From positions 1 through 56,391 of the IMG/VR virus record IMGVR_UViG_3300023274_000003: 56,391 nt of DNA; one strand, given 5' to 3'. Shown here in pieces: positions 50,401 through 56,391 of the stretch (the first letter of the stretch is position 1; each line of letters begins with the position of its first letter). Under the pieces are notes generated by a model. The model was not told the DNA's origin. It saw only the letters and a list, made by a program, of their open reading frames with translations, and did not search any database. The translations under genes were made by a program, and so were the position numbers. This DNA is from a virus (taxonomy: Duplodnaviria > Caudoviricetes).

Positions 50401-50576
50401 ACAAGTATCCAGGGGGTGCAGTAAACGATGATAGCGGCGTAGTCATTGACGGGGTACTTTTTGATTTACAGGGTGTTTCGGCTTTGGTAGGACAAACGGC
50501 TAAGTTTCAGATTACTAACAGTTCGCCCGTAAGTAGTGGTAAGTACCGATATAAAGCAACTTTAATAGCAGGGTAA
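38415..50576 (+). CDS. 4053-aa tail tip/fibre polyprotein with many internal repeats
   Basis: Follows TMP; ATNKAYVD, QPLDGDLTAIAAL x6, VTVD.YGRVTAG, KF......GDS repeats; Ser/Thr/Gly-rich. Confidence 0.85.
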   Translation: MAYTTKYIAQAYGLSSTPWRVELLVDGYDDDPIQLDLVENGVLIGYDREENRFNPIYSRYAIISLKVTGVFNLDTLQFDDERKFQVNIYKDNSLEFVGWLVPFYSTEAFEDTSITTLDVMAKDTIKQLSNVDFYNQYPERISNKQSFKEVISLGLKELGYPLYLEIYYNKYDVAMYKEAMDCPLSQLYFDIYRLQNEDGTWMNFYECIQLLLAEHDLRLFQAQGKWIIISPIEVVDGSVSGRRFEPEYGFYMSTVTLDTNQLIHKGGLPIKRNAVRRKDIPIQSFTGMYEYGLLSNLVLNGDLLRFTGDTPDYFTKGGDWSEGELTDIVGGGVMIDRTYIRKLLEIPTETAPDPILLKNQFLISDQIDITSLTALRFKADVYGDDDIDEIRIALRMTKTSSPGAVFYVDGAGNVYNVPMSIYVQKGTENKAFSIDVSWNREDPAFDFNLRYANVLEIILYPGIRYRTGEPSNLHVKFRNLELTGTPYVYDANYVGRKYQYTNTDLPHSKKEEVFNFGFQDNVIDTLSDFKLRSSMFVGETIIKTTQWKRTTESTYRSLIESVLIDRLVLTSRFGDILEASIKGYLSFFQTPQLTVGSKRFLILFAEYNLQDDSTEVVLTELYTNEVDVSYKLIDVFKDKEIDVSDGTSTSQTGVGENFDPPITSKGGGTTYGGLYPDGGIDSLPSDTIDPKAKNPGKLLIGRAHALLLELGNLDSLTKIFGRFGLLNEDNFLGEFKTAGITSDREYTFPDRDIIINDYDYLVNTPDFYPPLVDGTANHLVRFGAMGDALVDSLIIDTGTNVGIGSLFNIDPITGGLVGTSAEFTTLNVLNTSTFNDTATFENYILLPDLPTDPYHATNKAYVDSLAFVKRGDTVKTIALSSVTKSGTQTVSGYALSAGEYVLLTNQASPADNGVWVVASGAWSRSTTDDSDAEIRGAYHYITDGTYANQRYINTNTSAITLNTTPITYGIDFGAETDPVWTAFKTTNAITSTSVTHWNDAYSWGDHADAGYALATRTITINGTSGQIASSASSQDLSANRTWTLSLIATGVTASTYKSVTVDIYGRVTAGTNPTTLAGYGITDALPSTAINGTINQVAKFASSDSIEDSSITSVGASVGINRSSPDSSYALDVNGSALLGGALIGNSSLGVGIANYLGTSPRIGAIGGTNLDFNSPANYVWYTGGGTERFRYDSNGFKVGTAINPSSLIVVGNVEYSGLLYVGSTPSSGTNGQFLKRVATSNAWANLAISDVATLQTSLDGKQPLDGDLTAISALSSTGFLKRTGTNTWDLDSSTYLSASSGTTNKVAKFTSSTALGDSRITDNGTSVGIDKSSPDAGFALDVNGAILMTGSVSGTTSLGVAIGNYLGTTPRIGSLGTHLTFNSSGDYIWYTAGSIERFRYDSGGFQVGTVTNPSTISVTGQLSYTGYLYTASGYGTDGQFLKRTSSSNAWTAIGISDVTSLQSTLDAKQPLDGDLTAIAALSTVGFAKRTGTNAWAIDTNSYQLLDADLTAIAALTGTGILKRTGTNIWALDTGTYLTSTGTANYISKFTSSSAIGNSVLYEDSGSIGINATTLTGYALRITKDFPTSTSYGISVEGSATVASTNAYGYHSALGSGADGNPTNLRHFYATQSPLVGAIQNQAGFYAGLSLVGATNNYGFYGNIPISGNSWNLYMAGTANNYLNGNLWIGTTSSTYKLDVNGTVRITGAFELDSTLIDTANSAGASGYVLSSTGTGTSWINLATIYQPLDGDLTAIAALSANGFAKRTGTNTWTIDTSSYLPTSSISGTNNRVVKFTSATTIGDSQIFDNGTTVGIGRGNSPDTGFTLDVNGPILSSAAVYGSTSLGVAIGLYLGVTPRIGSIGGTTLDFNSPANYIWYTGGSTERFRYDSSGFKIGTTGNPSTLTVVGTVYYNDLLYVGSSPSSGTDGQYLKRTSSSNAWANIIIGDVTGLQTALDAKLSGSGTTNYLPKYTGSLVLGNSLINDNGSGIGIGTTATAGRVLLITQAITGNVQSYGTLISSEIQSGVTTSVDYFRTSTSTQAASFTLGSLTHYHALQGVFGAGSSVTSQYGFWVDSSMTGASSINAAFRGSLAKSSTTWNTYMDGAANNYMAGSLGIGSVGLTQFNLRISKIITGNVNSYGVYNSGDVQADVTSSARYFNTAVSTQAASFGLGAIYHYSATQGTFGAGSTVSDQIGYYVDSTLTGATRNYGFYGSIASGTDRWNLYMAGTAHNYLKGNLWIDTLSSSYKLDVNGTARVTGAFELDSTLIDTSNSAGTSGYVLTSTGTGISWINGSTVFQPLDGDLTAIAALSTNGFAKRTGTNTWTIDTNSYLPTSSIAGTNNRVTKFTSTSTIGDSQITDNGTSVGINRTNPDAGFVLDVNGAMLTSGFVVGTVSLGIAIANYLGTTPRIGSLGGTTLEFNSPANYIFYTGGSTERFRYDSSGFQVGTGANPSQISVKGDIVYNGLLYAGSSPSSGSSGQFLKRGASTNAWATMSISDVTSLQTSLDAKLSIANINSYLYPPASHTHTISDTTGLQTALDNKQPLDGDLTSIAALTGTGYAKRTGTNTWTIDNSSFALSSSISGTTNKVAKFVSSTTIGDSIITDNGTSVGINQPSPNSLYKLDVGGSVKVDDMNVGESIYYQMSMYMGPALSNYARIATGAATLEHLATSNFTWSYYSSGIVQKMKLTPTGLKIGAGNAAYGLDVSGDVSYSGLLYVGSSLSSGTNGQFLKRTASNNTWSTLAIADTTGLQAALDTKASLVDFNTLWDARWTTTQAAGVTFGGEVLISGVLLVDNEAIINNDLQVGGLLAGFNGFNLTGHFNDNTGSAGTSGYVLSSTGTATAWINPTSSLLTGYAIGGDTAISATDSILQAFQKVQGQLSAKVSGTLNYLPKFSSTTAIGNSIIYENGGVGIGTTSVTAYGLRLTSNITGGLSAYGIESSGQVQTGVTTLASYFRTSASTITGFTLTTLNHFSAVQGTLSGTVTSQMGFSANFSLTGATNNYGFYGNIAAATNSWNFYGNGTANNYMAGALGIGSTSLTGFSLVLGKTITGATSSFGILNGGQIQSDVTVLAEYNRTTASTAAASFTLPNLIHYHATQGTFGAGSSVTNQYGFQVSSNMTGATNVNIAFRGALASAATNWNAYMDGTANNYMAGSLGIGNNTLTQYNLRISKNITGAPTSFGVYNSGDVQSGVTSNAVYNRTVASTAAASFTLSQLYHYQATQGTFGAGSTVTTQVGYYVDSTTTGAANNYGFFGAIASGSGRWNIYMSGTANNYLNGNLWIGTTSSSYKLDVIGTSHFSQDSTFDANIVVPTAPTLSSHATNKAYVDSLSFIKRGDVVKTISLTNITLSGAQTISGYAAVATDYVLVAGQTLPAQNGVYVVAAGTWTRSTTNDSDAEIRGAYHLITNGTYANQRYINTNASTITVNTTGITYALDFGAETDPVWSAFKSANLITDTSITNWNSAYGWGNHASAGYALGATTITINGTSGRVTSSAGAQDLSGNKTWALDLASGIATPGTYKSVTVDTYGRVTAGTNPTTLAGYGIVDALGTAAITGTANKVVKYATTSTLGDSQITDNGTSVGINQSSPNASYKLDVNGSVLATSGVFGTVTDYIKTSFSTNAILESSAALDIKGTTTSFFSSGTQKMSINSTGVRIGTSTASYPLDILGNFNYTGLLHVSGSNGTSGQFLKRGASTNAWATLAVADISDIATAYQAKLSGTGFIKISGTTISYDNSTYLTTATATATYQPLLDDGTGLVRSTAGAITYDNTSYLSTSTAASTYQLILGGTGFVKSVAGVISYDTSTYLTTASASSTYLTSTIAASTYLSISNATATYATKEDAVLLLTDEGERGFKLYSDTDKAFGEAFVFIDSDTGVFGLHAYRKDSALADMVQYGIQIDKDGLVYHLMDDTNRYRFLTELDLLNLTWSGGKVDKDILMDSYNTIFWNKTGTDYDARMYGYKSVGGLRGLQIESSYDITIGGKWVELLSDKYPGGAVNDDSGVVIDGVLFDLQGVSALVGQTAKFQITNSSPVSSGKYRYKATLIAG

Positions 50577-50598
50577 TTTGCAAATACATTTTTTTATT

Positions 50599-50606
50599 TA
50601 TATTTG
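50599..50606 (+). promoter_or_regulatory. Internal promoter (TTTG-N18-TATATTTG)
   Basis: Both Bacteroidota -33 and -7 elements upstream of 50627 ORF. Confidence 0.6.
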
Positions 50607-50626
50607 TATATTATTCACTTAAAACA

Positions 50627-51034
50627 TTGTTTATGAAAGTAGGATTCAGAAAAATTAATTTCCTTACCTCAATGGTAGCCCGTCTGCTTCAAAGTACTGA
50701 ACTGTCTTATGAAGAAAGAAAGAACCTTAAAAAAGCCAAAGACTACTTACAGGACGTAGCTTTGTCCAGTACGACGGAGATTAATCACGCAAACGAGATT
50801 TACAGTGAAATGTCCAAGCATAAGACCTATGCGGAAAATGCGGACAAATCATTAGAACTTCTTGAGAAGAAGCAAAAAGATGTAGCGGGCGCAGTAGCAA
50901 AGGAATATGAGTTCAGCTTTGAACCCTTTGAGCTTACAACCAAATTCACCGGAGACGATAAGACAGATTTTTATTCGGTAGCCGTTGAACTGGAAGATTA
51001 TATTTTAAAGATAACAGACAAAACAAAGAAGTAA
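50627..51034 (+). CDS. Hypothetical helical protein
   Basis: 135-aa ORF; start may be ATG 50633. Confidence 0.7.
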   Translation: MFMKVGFRKINFLTSMVARLLQSTELSYEERKNLKKAKDYLQDVALSSTTEINHANEIYSEMSKHKTYAENADKSLELLEKKQKDVAGAVAKEYEFSFEPFELTTKFTGDDKTDFYSVAVELEDYILKITDKTKK

Positions 51035-53536
51035 ATGCCTCTCAGTAAACCAGTCTTTCAGGACATAGTCGTTTATAACCCTACCACATTAAAACATGCA
51101 GGGTTATTTTTCCGGTATGGAGAAAACGATATAAACGGCAGCGATGTGATGCAGTGGTACTATATGGAAACAGACGCATCAGGTAGAATCACTAACACCA
51201 GAGAAAATGCCCTGAATGACTATTTTACTGACATTAACGATGCCATTGCTACGCCGCCTAGCGGGTATGGAGACGTACCCGCAGGGGATAATTTTCAGAA
51301 CGAAAACACCGTAGCTTACTTGCAGCAATATCCCACAGCAGAGGGCAGAACTACCACCTCACCCTCTATTGTAAGGACTAAGCAGGAATATCTGCAAGCA
51401 GTAAATAATGGGGCCACAGAAATTATGATATGGGTAGAATGGGGATTGATTTACAATGACTATGCTGCCCAGGTTACCAATTCAGATAGCAATTGGGCGT
51501 ATATTTTTGATTTGGCAGACTATGCTATCGGACTGAATGCAAAAGTAAAACTAAGTTTCCGTATATGTACCGACTTGAACAACTCGCAAACCTACGGGGC
51601 TGCAAACTTTGTCAATGGTAGTGACAAAATAGATTTGTGGGCTAATGTCATGCAGGACGATCAGGGCTATCCGGCACGTATAGAATACGGTAGTGGTCAC
51701 GTATCTTTAGCCTACGAGCCAGGGGTAACGATGGCTCTGGATTTTGTTAAAAAAGCCTTAGTTAAACTTACAGTAAGATATGGGTCAAAATTTGTGATGT
51801 ATAGTGTAGCTATGACTGCACAGAAAGAGGCGGGGTATAACTTTGAGAACCAGCAGTACACCAGAACACAAAGAGCCGGAACTGTTTCTATCAGCGGAGG
51901 CGGAACAACCCTTACAGGGTCTGGCACGAACTTTACCACAGATTTTCAGGTAGGGCATCCGGTATTCTTTCCAGACAAGGAATTTGTACGGGTGACGGCC
52001 ATTGCATCTAACACTTCTATGACAGTCACCAGTCCATTGTATAGCTACTCCAATTCTATTTATTACAGTCAGGGAGATGTCAAGTCTGAAAGATACCAAA
52101 CCTCTTATGATTTTAGTCCGCCTGCCGTAGCTGCTTTTAAAACAGCGATGCAAGCCAAATACACCTTAATTGCTACCCTTAACACCTCATGGGGGACTTC
52201 TTACGGTAGTTTCTCCGAAGTAGAGCCGCCACGTTCAGGGCAACTGTATACAAACTCTACTCCAGAAGTAGCCAGTAGTATCTATAGCAACAACAGGGGC
52301 AAAGACTGGTGGCAGTTTAACTTCAATCTTTTTAAGGGATATATGGAGGATTGCCGTCAGCTTGGGGTAGATTATGCGCCTCAGGCCAAGTTTGCTTTAG
52401 AGTTCGGGGCTATTACTTATCCTTATTCAGACAGAAGAATGACTGTGCTGGCCAGCGAGTGGGACGATTCGGCAGATATGGTTAAAGCGCAGATGGGCAT
52501 TTCTTCTTCAAGGCCGGATTATTCTATTTCAGTCGACGTGATGCGTACTAATATCACTAAGAAGAAGGGAACGGAGATTAACGATTTTGATATGAGGGAA
52601 ATCTACGGGGCAACTAATCCGACAGACATAGAAACTTATGGAAAAGAAATAGCCTATAGTGCGATAGACAACGGGGCTAAATATATTCTAATTATCTCCG
52701 ACTCTATTAATTCTAATTACTTCTCAGCGATGATGAACGTCCTTAAGGGTGTAGTACAGAAATTCGCTCAGCCGCCTAATACAGTTAATGTAGAAAAAAC
52801 GGTCAATCAAAGTATAGGCAAAGTCTTAGAGAATCCCAATTCTATCTTAGCTGACTGGAAATCAGTTGGTGCGGGCAATAGTGTACGGGCAAGCGTTCCG
52901 GTGAGTGATGACTACGGGTTTACAGCCAGTAGTGGGTGTCAGTATCCTTTAAGTTTATACACGCTTCATTCGTTCTGTCTGAAAGACAATTCAATTAAGT
53001 CTTTCCCTTATACAAATGCCGACGGAAGTACCAATTCCGCTAATTTTCCTACTTATCAAAGCACAAAAGTAAGAATCTTAGCCCCTACGCACAGCATCAC
53101 CTATACGGGCAGTAGTGGCAATCTGGCGATGGTCAAATGGCGATTAGTAGGACAGGACGGTATCACTTATATTTCAAACACACAAACCGCAGGCTGGTAT
53201 TATGTAATGCCGGATGTAAATGGGAATCAACCTGCCCAAAACAACAACCACCCTGATAGAAGGTATATTAAGACCTCAGCCGAAGATGCTATTTACTACC
53301 TGCCGATTCAGTCCTATACTATTTATATGACGAATCTAACGGCTTTTGCGGTTACTTTTCAGGTAGATTTTTTAAATCCAAGCACGATGCCTTTCCGCAA
53401 GAAATTAACATCAGCAATGGGCGAACAATCGTATACTTTTAGTACAAGTGGAATCCCTTACAATGAACTAAGACAAGTGAAAATAAATTGTAACAGATAC
53501 GAGCAAACCGATAGCACCTGGGCAGACATTCCTTAA
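51035..53536 (+). CDS. Glycoside hydrolase, GH42/clan-A-like, with inserted beta-rich domain
   Basis: YDFSP.A..AF......KY..I..LN.SWGT.Y.SF.EV.PP...DW..F signature; candidate catalytic Glu in QKEAGY and ALEFG. Confidence 0.7.
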   Translation: MPLSKPVFQDIVVYNPTTLKHAGLFFRYGENDINGSDVMQWYYMETDASGRITNTRENALNDYFTDINDAIATPPSGYGDVPAGDNFQNENTVAYLQQYPTAEGRTTTSPSIVRTKQEYLQAVNNGATEIMIWVEWGLIYNDYAAQVTNSDSNWAYIFDLADYAIGLNAKVKLSFRICTDLNNSQTYGAANFVNGSDKIDLWANVMQDDQGYPARIEYGSGHVSLAYEPGVTMALDFVKKALVKLTVRYGSKFVMYSVAMTAQKEAGYNFENQQYTRTQRAGTVSISGGGTTLTGSGTNFTTDFQVGHPVFFPDKEFVRVTAIASNTSMTVTSPLYSYSNSIYYSQGDVKSERYQTSYDFSPPAVAAFKTAMQAKYTLIATLNTSWGTSYGSFSEVEPPRSGQLYTNSTPEVASSIYSNNRGKDWWQFNFNLFKGYMEDCRQLGVDYAPQAKFALEFGAITYPYSDRRMTVLASEWDDSADMVKAQMGISSSRPDYSISVDVMRTNITKKKGTEINDFDMREIYGATNPTDIETYGKEIAYSAIDNGAKYILIISDSINSNYFSAMMNVLKGVVQKFAQPPNTVNVEKTVNQSIGKVLENPNSILADWKSVGAGNSVRASVPVSDDYGFTASSGCQYPLSLYTLHSFCLKDNSIKSFPYTNADGSTNSANFPTYQSTKVRILAPTHSITYTGSSGNLAMVKWRLVGQDGITYISNTQTAGWYYVMPDVNGNQPAQNNNHPDRRYIKTSAEDAIYYLPIQSYTIYMTNLTAFAVTFQVDFLNPSTMPFRKKLTSAMGEQSYTFSTSGIPYNELRQVKINCNRYEQTDSTWADIP

Positions 53537-53544
53537 TAGCCATG

Positions 53545-53622
53545 AAAAAAGAAAAGCCCTAAATAATAGGGCTGTATTCATTGCAAATTGTTACATCACT
53601 GAGATGGTGACATACAAATATA
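53545..53622 (-). ncRNA. Candidate small antisense-oriented RNA (promoter-hairpin-terminator)
   Basis: TATATTTG 53615-53622, 8-bp hairpin with G-U pairs valid only on minus strand, AGCCCTA/TAGGGCT terminator with U-tract. Confidence 0.5.
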
Positions 53623-53629
53623 GTAAGAT

Positions 53630-54091
53630 ATGATAGAATCGCAATACGATAGTACAAAAGATACGTTATTACACGTAAAAAGAGTTGCAGAACTCTTAAA
53701 CGAAGCTGCAATAGAATTAATAAAAAGGGCTAACGTGCATGACAATTCAAAGTTCATTAGTCCAGAAAAAGAACTATTTGATGAGTACACTCCTAAACTA
53801 AAGAATTGTGTGTATGGTAGTGATGAATATAAAGAGTTCTTGCAAGGGCTTAAAGTTGCTTTGGATAATCACTATACTAACAACTCTCATCATCCAGAGC
53901 ATTATGAGAACGGTATTGATGGGATGGATTTGTTTGATTTGATAGAAATGTTTTTTGACTGGAAAGCCGCAACTGAAAGGACAAAGGACGGAAACATATT
54001 TAAGTCTATCGAAATAAATAAAAACAGATTTAAAATGTCTGAACAATTGGTTTCTATATTTGCTAATACAAGTATTCGATTAGGCTATTAA
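53630..54091 (+). CDS. HD-like metal-binding protein (DUF5662-like)
   Basis: H...V...HDNSKF..E...HY..N.HHPEH...D.IEM..DW.AA. Confidence 0.75.
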   Translation: MIESQYDSTKDTLLHVKRVAELLNEAAIELIKRANVHDNSKFISPEKELFDEYTPKLKNCVYGSDEYKEFLQGLKVALDNHYTNNSHHPEHYENGIDGMDLFDLIEMFFDWKAATERTKDGNIFKSIEINKNRFKMSEQLVSIFANTSIRLGY

Positions 54092-54092
54092 C

Positions 54093-54659
54093 ATGATAAT
54101 CAAGCAAAACTTTTTTAATATTGTTCGTCAGGAATTTGGCAAACTCAATCAATCACAAGTTGAGGGCTTTGATTTTATCTTAGATTCTTTAGCCGAACAA
54201 GAGGATATAACAGATTTGAGACAATTTGCCTACATCTTAGCCACTATCTGGCATGAGACGGCGGCAACTATGCAACCGATTGAAGAGTTTGGAAAAGGCA
54301 AAGGCAGACCCTACGGCGTGCCTGACCCTGTTACAAAGCAGGTTTACTACGGGCGTGGCTATGTGCAAATAACCTGGAAAACAAATTATCAGAAGTTTGC
54401 TAATTTATTGAACGTTAATTTAATTTTAAGACCAGAGTTAGCCCTTGATAAAAACATTTCAATTAAGATTTGCCTTATAGGCATGAAAGAGGGATTTTTT
54501 CGCCCTAGTCATACATTAGGGGTATATTTCAACGATAGAAACACAGACTGGATTAATGCCCGTAAGATTATCAACGGTGCAAGGCAAGGAGAAAAACTAC
54601 CCGACAAAGCCAAAGAAATATCAGAATACGCACAGAAATTTTATAAGGCATTGCAATGA
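54093..54659 (+). CDS. Endolysin, GH19 chitinase-like
   Basis: AYILATIWHET..M.PIEE...YYGRGYVQITW..NY...ARKIING. Confidence 0.9.
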   Translation: MIIKQNFFNIVRQEFGKLNQSQVEGFDFILDSLAEQEDITDLRQFAYILATIWHETAATMQPIEEFGKGKGRPYGVPDPVTKQVYYGRGYVQITWKTNYQKFANLLNVNLILRPELALDKNISIKICLIGMKEGFFRPSHTLGVYFNDRNTDWINARKIINGARQGEKLPDKAKEISEYAQKFYKALQ

Positions 54660-54813
54660 AAACTAAACAAGAAATGGGGCTTGAGCTTGTAAAAAAGTTA
54701 TTGACAGATTACGAAGCGAAGCAATTAAGGGATGCAAAGAGAAAAGAAATGCTAAGATACCACTTAACATTTATAACAATAGCGAAGTCGGGAAATCTGA
54801 CTTTGGTATAAAT

Positions 54814-54949
54814 AAAAAAGACCTCCTAAAGTAGAAAGTCTTTTCCTGAAGTACTAACCCATAATCACTATCTTAAAACTATTTTTCGTATCCCTACCTA
54901 CCCTTTATCCGCACTAACAAGCGGGGTTTAAAAGGTGAAAACAAATATA
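54814..54949 (-). ncRNA. Candidate small RNA ending in a bidirectional terminator
   Basis: TATATTTG 54942-54949, CCGC-8nt-GCGG hairpin, terminator 54814-54844. Confidence 0.4.
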
Positions 54950-54951
54950 AA

Positions 54952-55296
54952 CTAAAGAATTAGAATAACAAAGAAAATTGCATTTACTATTAATGAGCCG
55001 ATAGCGATTTTGTTCTTATTTCTGATTTTCTTCTCTGCCCGTTTAATCTGTGCGTCTTTAATCTTCGATGAATCGCTTAATACTTTATTCTGATTGTCTA
55101 ATGTCTTGGCAATTACACTTAACAGGAATCCAGCAGCATTGCAGGAATCACGCTGACGAAAGGCATTGTTTGCGGCCCTGAGTTCTTCTTCTGTAACGGT
55201 GAATACCTGTGCTTTACTTCTTACGGGTATTACGCTTAAAGCGATCATAAGCATCATTAGCAGGCTCATTGAAAATCTTCTGTTTTTCTTTTGCAT
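54952..55296 (-). CDS. Exported protein with C-terminal TM (possible spanin component)
   Basis: Signal-like N-terminus, coiled coil, C-terminal hydrophobic anchor; overlaps upstream gene. Confidence 0.5.
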   Translation of the reverse strand: MQKKNRRFSMSLLMMLMIALSVIPVRSKAQVFTVTEEELRAANNAFRQRDSCNAAGFLLSVIAKTLDNQNKVLSDSSKIKDAQIKRAEKKIRNKNKIAIGSLIVNAIFFVILIL

Positions 55297-55480
55297 CTTC
55301 TTGAATGGTTTGAATTGATTGTCTAATCTTTGTATTGCAGTCGTTATTTCCCTTGGCTAATCCTGCTTCATATCCTCTATCAAAAGCATTTAACTTCCCT
55401 GTAAGGAAAACTACTATAAATACAATTACAATAGCTACAAGGGCTATTAATTCCCAATGTGTACGATTAAGTTTTTTCAT
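55214..55480 (-). CDS. N-terminal TM + coiled-coil protein (possible i-spanin-like)
   Basis: Single TM then helical periplasmic region; out-of-frame overlap with 54952..55296. Confidence 0.5.
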   Translation of the reverse strand: MKKLNRTHWELIALVAIVIVFIVVFLTGKLNAFDRGYEAGLAKGNNDCNTKIRQSIQTIQEDAKEKQKIFNEPANDAYDRFKRNTRKK

Positions 55481-55671
55481 TGTACAAGTTTTTTATAAAT
55501 ATAATTTAATAGTGCAAAAGGCCAACCAATAAAGGTTACCGCAAATAATAGCATCACTTCGCCGTATTCTCCAGCATGAATTTTATGGTTATCTTTAAAA
55601 AATAGTTGATAAGTAAAGACTAAACCTACGCCTAAACTTAAAAGTAAATGAATGATGATGTAATATTTCAT
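55477..55671 (-). CDS. Small two-TM membrane protein
   Basis: Two hydrophobic segments, GWPF motif. Confidence 0.6.
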   Translation of the reverse strand: MKYYIIIHLLLSLGVGLVFTYQLFFKDNHKIHAGEYGEVMLLFAVTFIGWPFALLNYIYKKLVQ

Positions 55672-55703
55672 AAGCCTGATAATTTAAAAAGTCTGATTAG
55701 GGA

Positions 55704-56051
55704 TTAAAAATAAATTATATCATATCTCTTTCTTTGGTCTTTAGCCATATCAATAGAAATTTTAGTTCCTTTGCTTTTGCCGTCCCAGAATGCAATTAAT
55801 TCGTCACATTCATTAACTATCAATCGGTTTCTAATTGCTCCTGCCGCCTTGCCGTATTTATTCCAATCGGGTAAATGTACGATAATAGGAATATTATTTT
55901 CTTTAGCCCAATTACTTGCAAAGGTATCCGCACCTTCAGCACCTCCGCTTATTACAAGCGTTACCTTATCTTTGTAAGGCTCTAATTTGTAATCGAATCT
56001 TTCTTTATTAGAAAACTTTCTACTGCCAATTATTGCTAGTTTCATATCCAA
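55704..56051 (-). CDS. SLOG-superfamily (YspA/DUF2493-like) protein
   Basis: LAIIGSR...ISGGAEGADT...PDW.KYGKAAG.IRN...IAFWDGKSKGT. Confidence 0.85.
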   Translation of the reverse strand: MDMKLAIIGSRKFSNKERFDYKLEPYKDKVTLVISGGAEGADTFASNWAKENNIPIIVHLPDWNKYGKAAGAIRNRLIVNECDELIAFWDGKSKGTKISIDMAKDQRKRYDIIYF

Positions 56052-56171
56052 TAATCGTTTAAATCTTCATCATCAGCTAAACAATAACATAGAAAACCTA
56101 CTATAAGGATAGGTATTAAATAGATGTAGTGTTTAATTGTTTTCATTTCTTTGTCCGTTTTAATCGTGAAA

Positions 56172-56391
56172 TTATTTCAATTCAAACACATGAAAAACAA
56201 GAACTCCTCCCTGTATAGAATAACTGCCAATATGTACTAAGCCTGTAAAATTGGGGTATTTATGGCCCGTGCCAATAGTAAAGAAAGTTCTCTTTTCTTT
56301 ACTAGCATCAGGATTAACTATTGCCCATATGCAAGGAGTATCGAATTGAGTTTGAAGGCTTATTATATTAGCACCCTTCGGCATTCAATTA
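56172..56391 (-). CDS. 3' part of the protein spanning the circular join
   Basis: MPKGA.I...Q.Q.....IWA.V......GTGH.......GS.....VFHVFE. Confidence 0.8.
56260..56391. repeat. Terminal direct repeat, copy 2
   Basis: Matches 1-133. Confidence 0.95.

Noticed and set aside
36186-52153. Many antisense and alternate-frame ORFs within TMP, tail and hydrolase genes
   Set aside because: Shadow ORFs of long coding regions, no motifs or independent signals
1-56391. CRISPR array
   Set aside because: No regularly spaced identical repeats with unique spacers were seen
56260-56391. Physical terminal repeat of the virion DNA
   Set aside because: It falls mid-gene and the terminase is of a type usually linked to headful packaging; better explained as assembly overlap

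Overview
An apparently complete, circularly assembled ~56.26-kb tailed dsDNA phage genome (siphovirus-type, HK97-fold capsid). Bases 1-133 repeat at 56260-56391 and an ORF reads cleanly across the join. TAnnTTTG promoter boxes and the replication-initiator type point to a Bacteroidota host (inference). Layout: minus-strand early/replication genes (~5.4-22.9 kb; RecT, initiator, DnaB, two DNA methyltransferases, a homing endonuclease, a solo TnpB), plus-strand morphogenesis genes (23.1-54.8 kb; terminase, portal, capsid, two glycosyltransferases, tail, a 4053-aa repetitive tail protein, a GH42-like hydrolase, a GH19-like endolysin), further minus-strand genes across the join (including a second homing endonuclease) and a separate plus-strand membrane/holin cassette (3.6-5.4 kb). 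No integrase or reverse transcriptase was recognised. Most notable unexplained signals: (1) four promoter-driven two-hairpin RNAs whose loops are complementary over 7 nt, each with a different loop sequence (kissing-loop family); (2) glycosyltransferases directly behind the major capsid gene; (3) DnaA boxes at regular spacing upstream of early promoters; (4) a TnpB element whose left side appears to re-supply the start codon of the neighbouring gene; (5) a poly-proline peptide translationally coupled to a membrane gene; (6) a double-T-loop tRNA-like RNA. All family calls are by eye from motifs; no searches were run.
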